Assembly: GCA_025340205.1 (NCBI GenBank)
Contig: CP006868.1
Span: forward strand, 300,001-332,000
Direction: 5' to 3'
Length of the DNA stretch: 32,000 nt
DNA from: Ignicoccus pacificus DSM 13166
Lineage (GTDB): Archaea; Thermoproteota; Thermoprotei_A; Sulfolobales; Ignicoccaceae
A model generated the notes under the pieces. It was not told the DNA's origin. It was given only the letters and a program-made list of their open reading frames with translations, and ran no database searches. The stretch's first letter is position 1. The number at the start of each line of letters is the position of its first letter. Shown piece by piece: positions 31,941-32,000 of the stretch. The translations under genes and the position numbers were made by a program.

Positions 31941-32000
31941 ATGATAGGAATGGAGGAAGAAGCTTTGTTAGAGTATTACAAGCACGAAGGAATCGTGCTA
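31941..32000 (+). CDS. possible start of a gene running off the window (20 codons)
   Basis: ATG at 31941 opens MIGMEEEALLEYYKHEGIVL to the edge. Preceded by a strongly A+T-rich stretch. Too short to evaluate. Confidence 0.2.
   Translation, partial: MIGMEEEALLEYYKHEGIVL

Noticed and set aside
1-32000. The whole window, or a large part of it, as an integrated virus, plasmid or transposon.
   Set aside because: I could recognise no integrase, transposase, capsid or replication genes, no terminal inverted repeats and no flanking direct repeats. Accessory genes are interspersed singly among core metabolic and information-processing genes.

Overview
This is a dense, two-stranded coding segment of an archaeal chromosome, hyperthermophile-type and probably crenarchaeal. 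Supporting signs are aCPSF1, diphthine synthase, a Thg1-like protein, a PaREP1-like protein, indolepyruvate:ferredoxin oxidoreductase, Glu/Lys/Arg/Val/Ile-rich proteins, AGG/AGA arginine codons, many GTG/TTG starts, 1-4 nt start/stop overlaps, and TATA-like boxes about 25-35 nt upstream of start codons.

Housekeeping genes I recognise by motif:
- an ANL-family ligase, MscS and DUF72
- nadX-nadC, diphthine synthase and iorB-iorA
- gatB, a long KamA-family radical-SAM aminomutase and purL
- a GDPD phosphodiesterase, a Thg1-like protein, aCPSF1 and moaB

Interleaved accessory content:
- Six toxin-antitoxin-type modules (two HEPN-MNT, two VapBC, two RelBE-like). Most are visibly damaged by in-frame stops, homopolymer frameshifts, truncation or loss of a catalytic residue. 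I found several of these only by translating stretches where the supplied track shows no ORF.
- Two stand-alone Cas4-family (PD-(D/E)XK plus C..CX2CX5C) nucleases, with no CRISPR array or other cas gene in the window.
- Surface or coiled-coil proteins: a Thr/Val-rich stalk protein with a 61-aa mini-paralogue, a sequon-rich coiled coil anchored at both ends, and two 11-residue-repeat coiled coils.
- Several tightly packed ORFs with no recognisable family.

I saw no rRNA, tRNA, CRISPR array, transposase or integrase.

Best candidates for something undescribed, none proven:
- the co-directional four-gene cluster built around aCPSF1 (29085 to 25651, minus strand), containing an acidic/Cys4 protein, an aromatic-rich 177-aa protein and a PaREP1-like protein
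- the two solo Cas4-like nucleases embedded among decaying TA modules
- the mirrored RelBE-like locus at 30.5-31.3 kb
- the KamA-family enzyme, which has a ~210-aa N-terminal extension and non-lysine-type specificity residues

All family assignments come from motif recognition and by-eye alignment only; no database search was possible.
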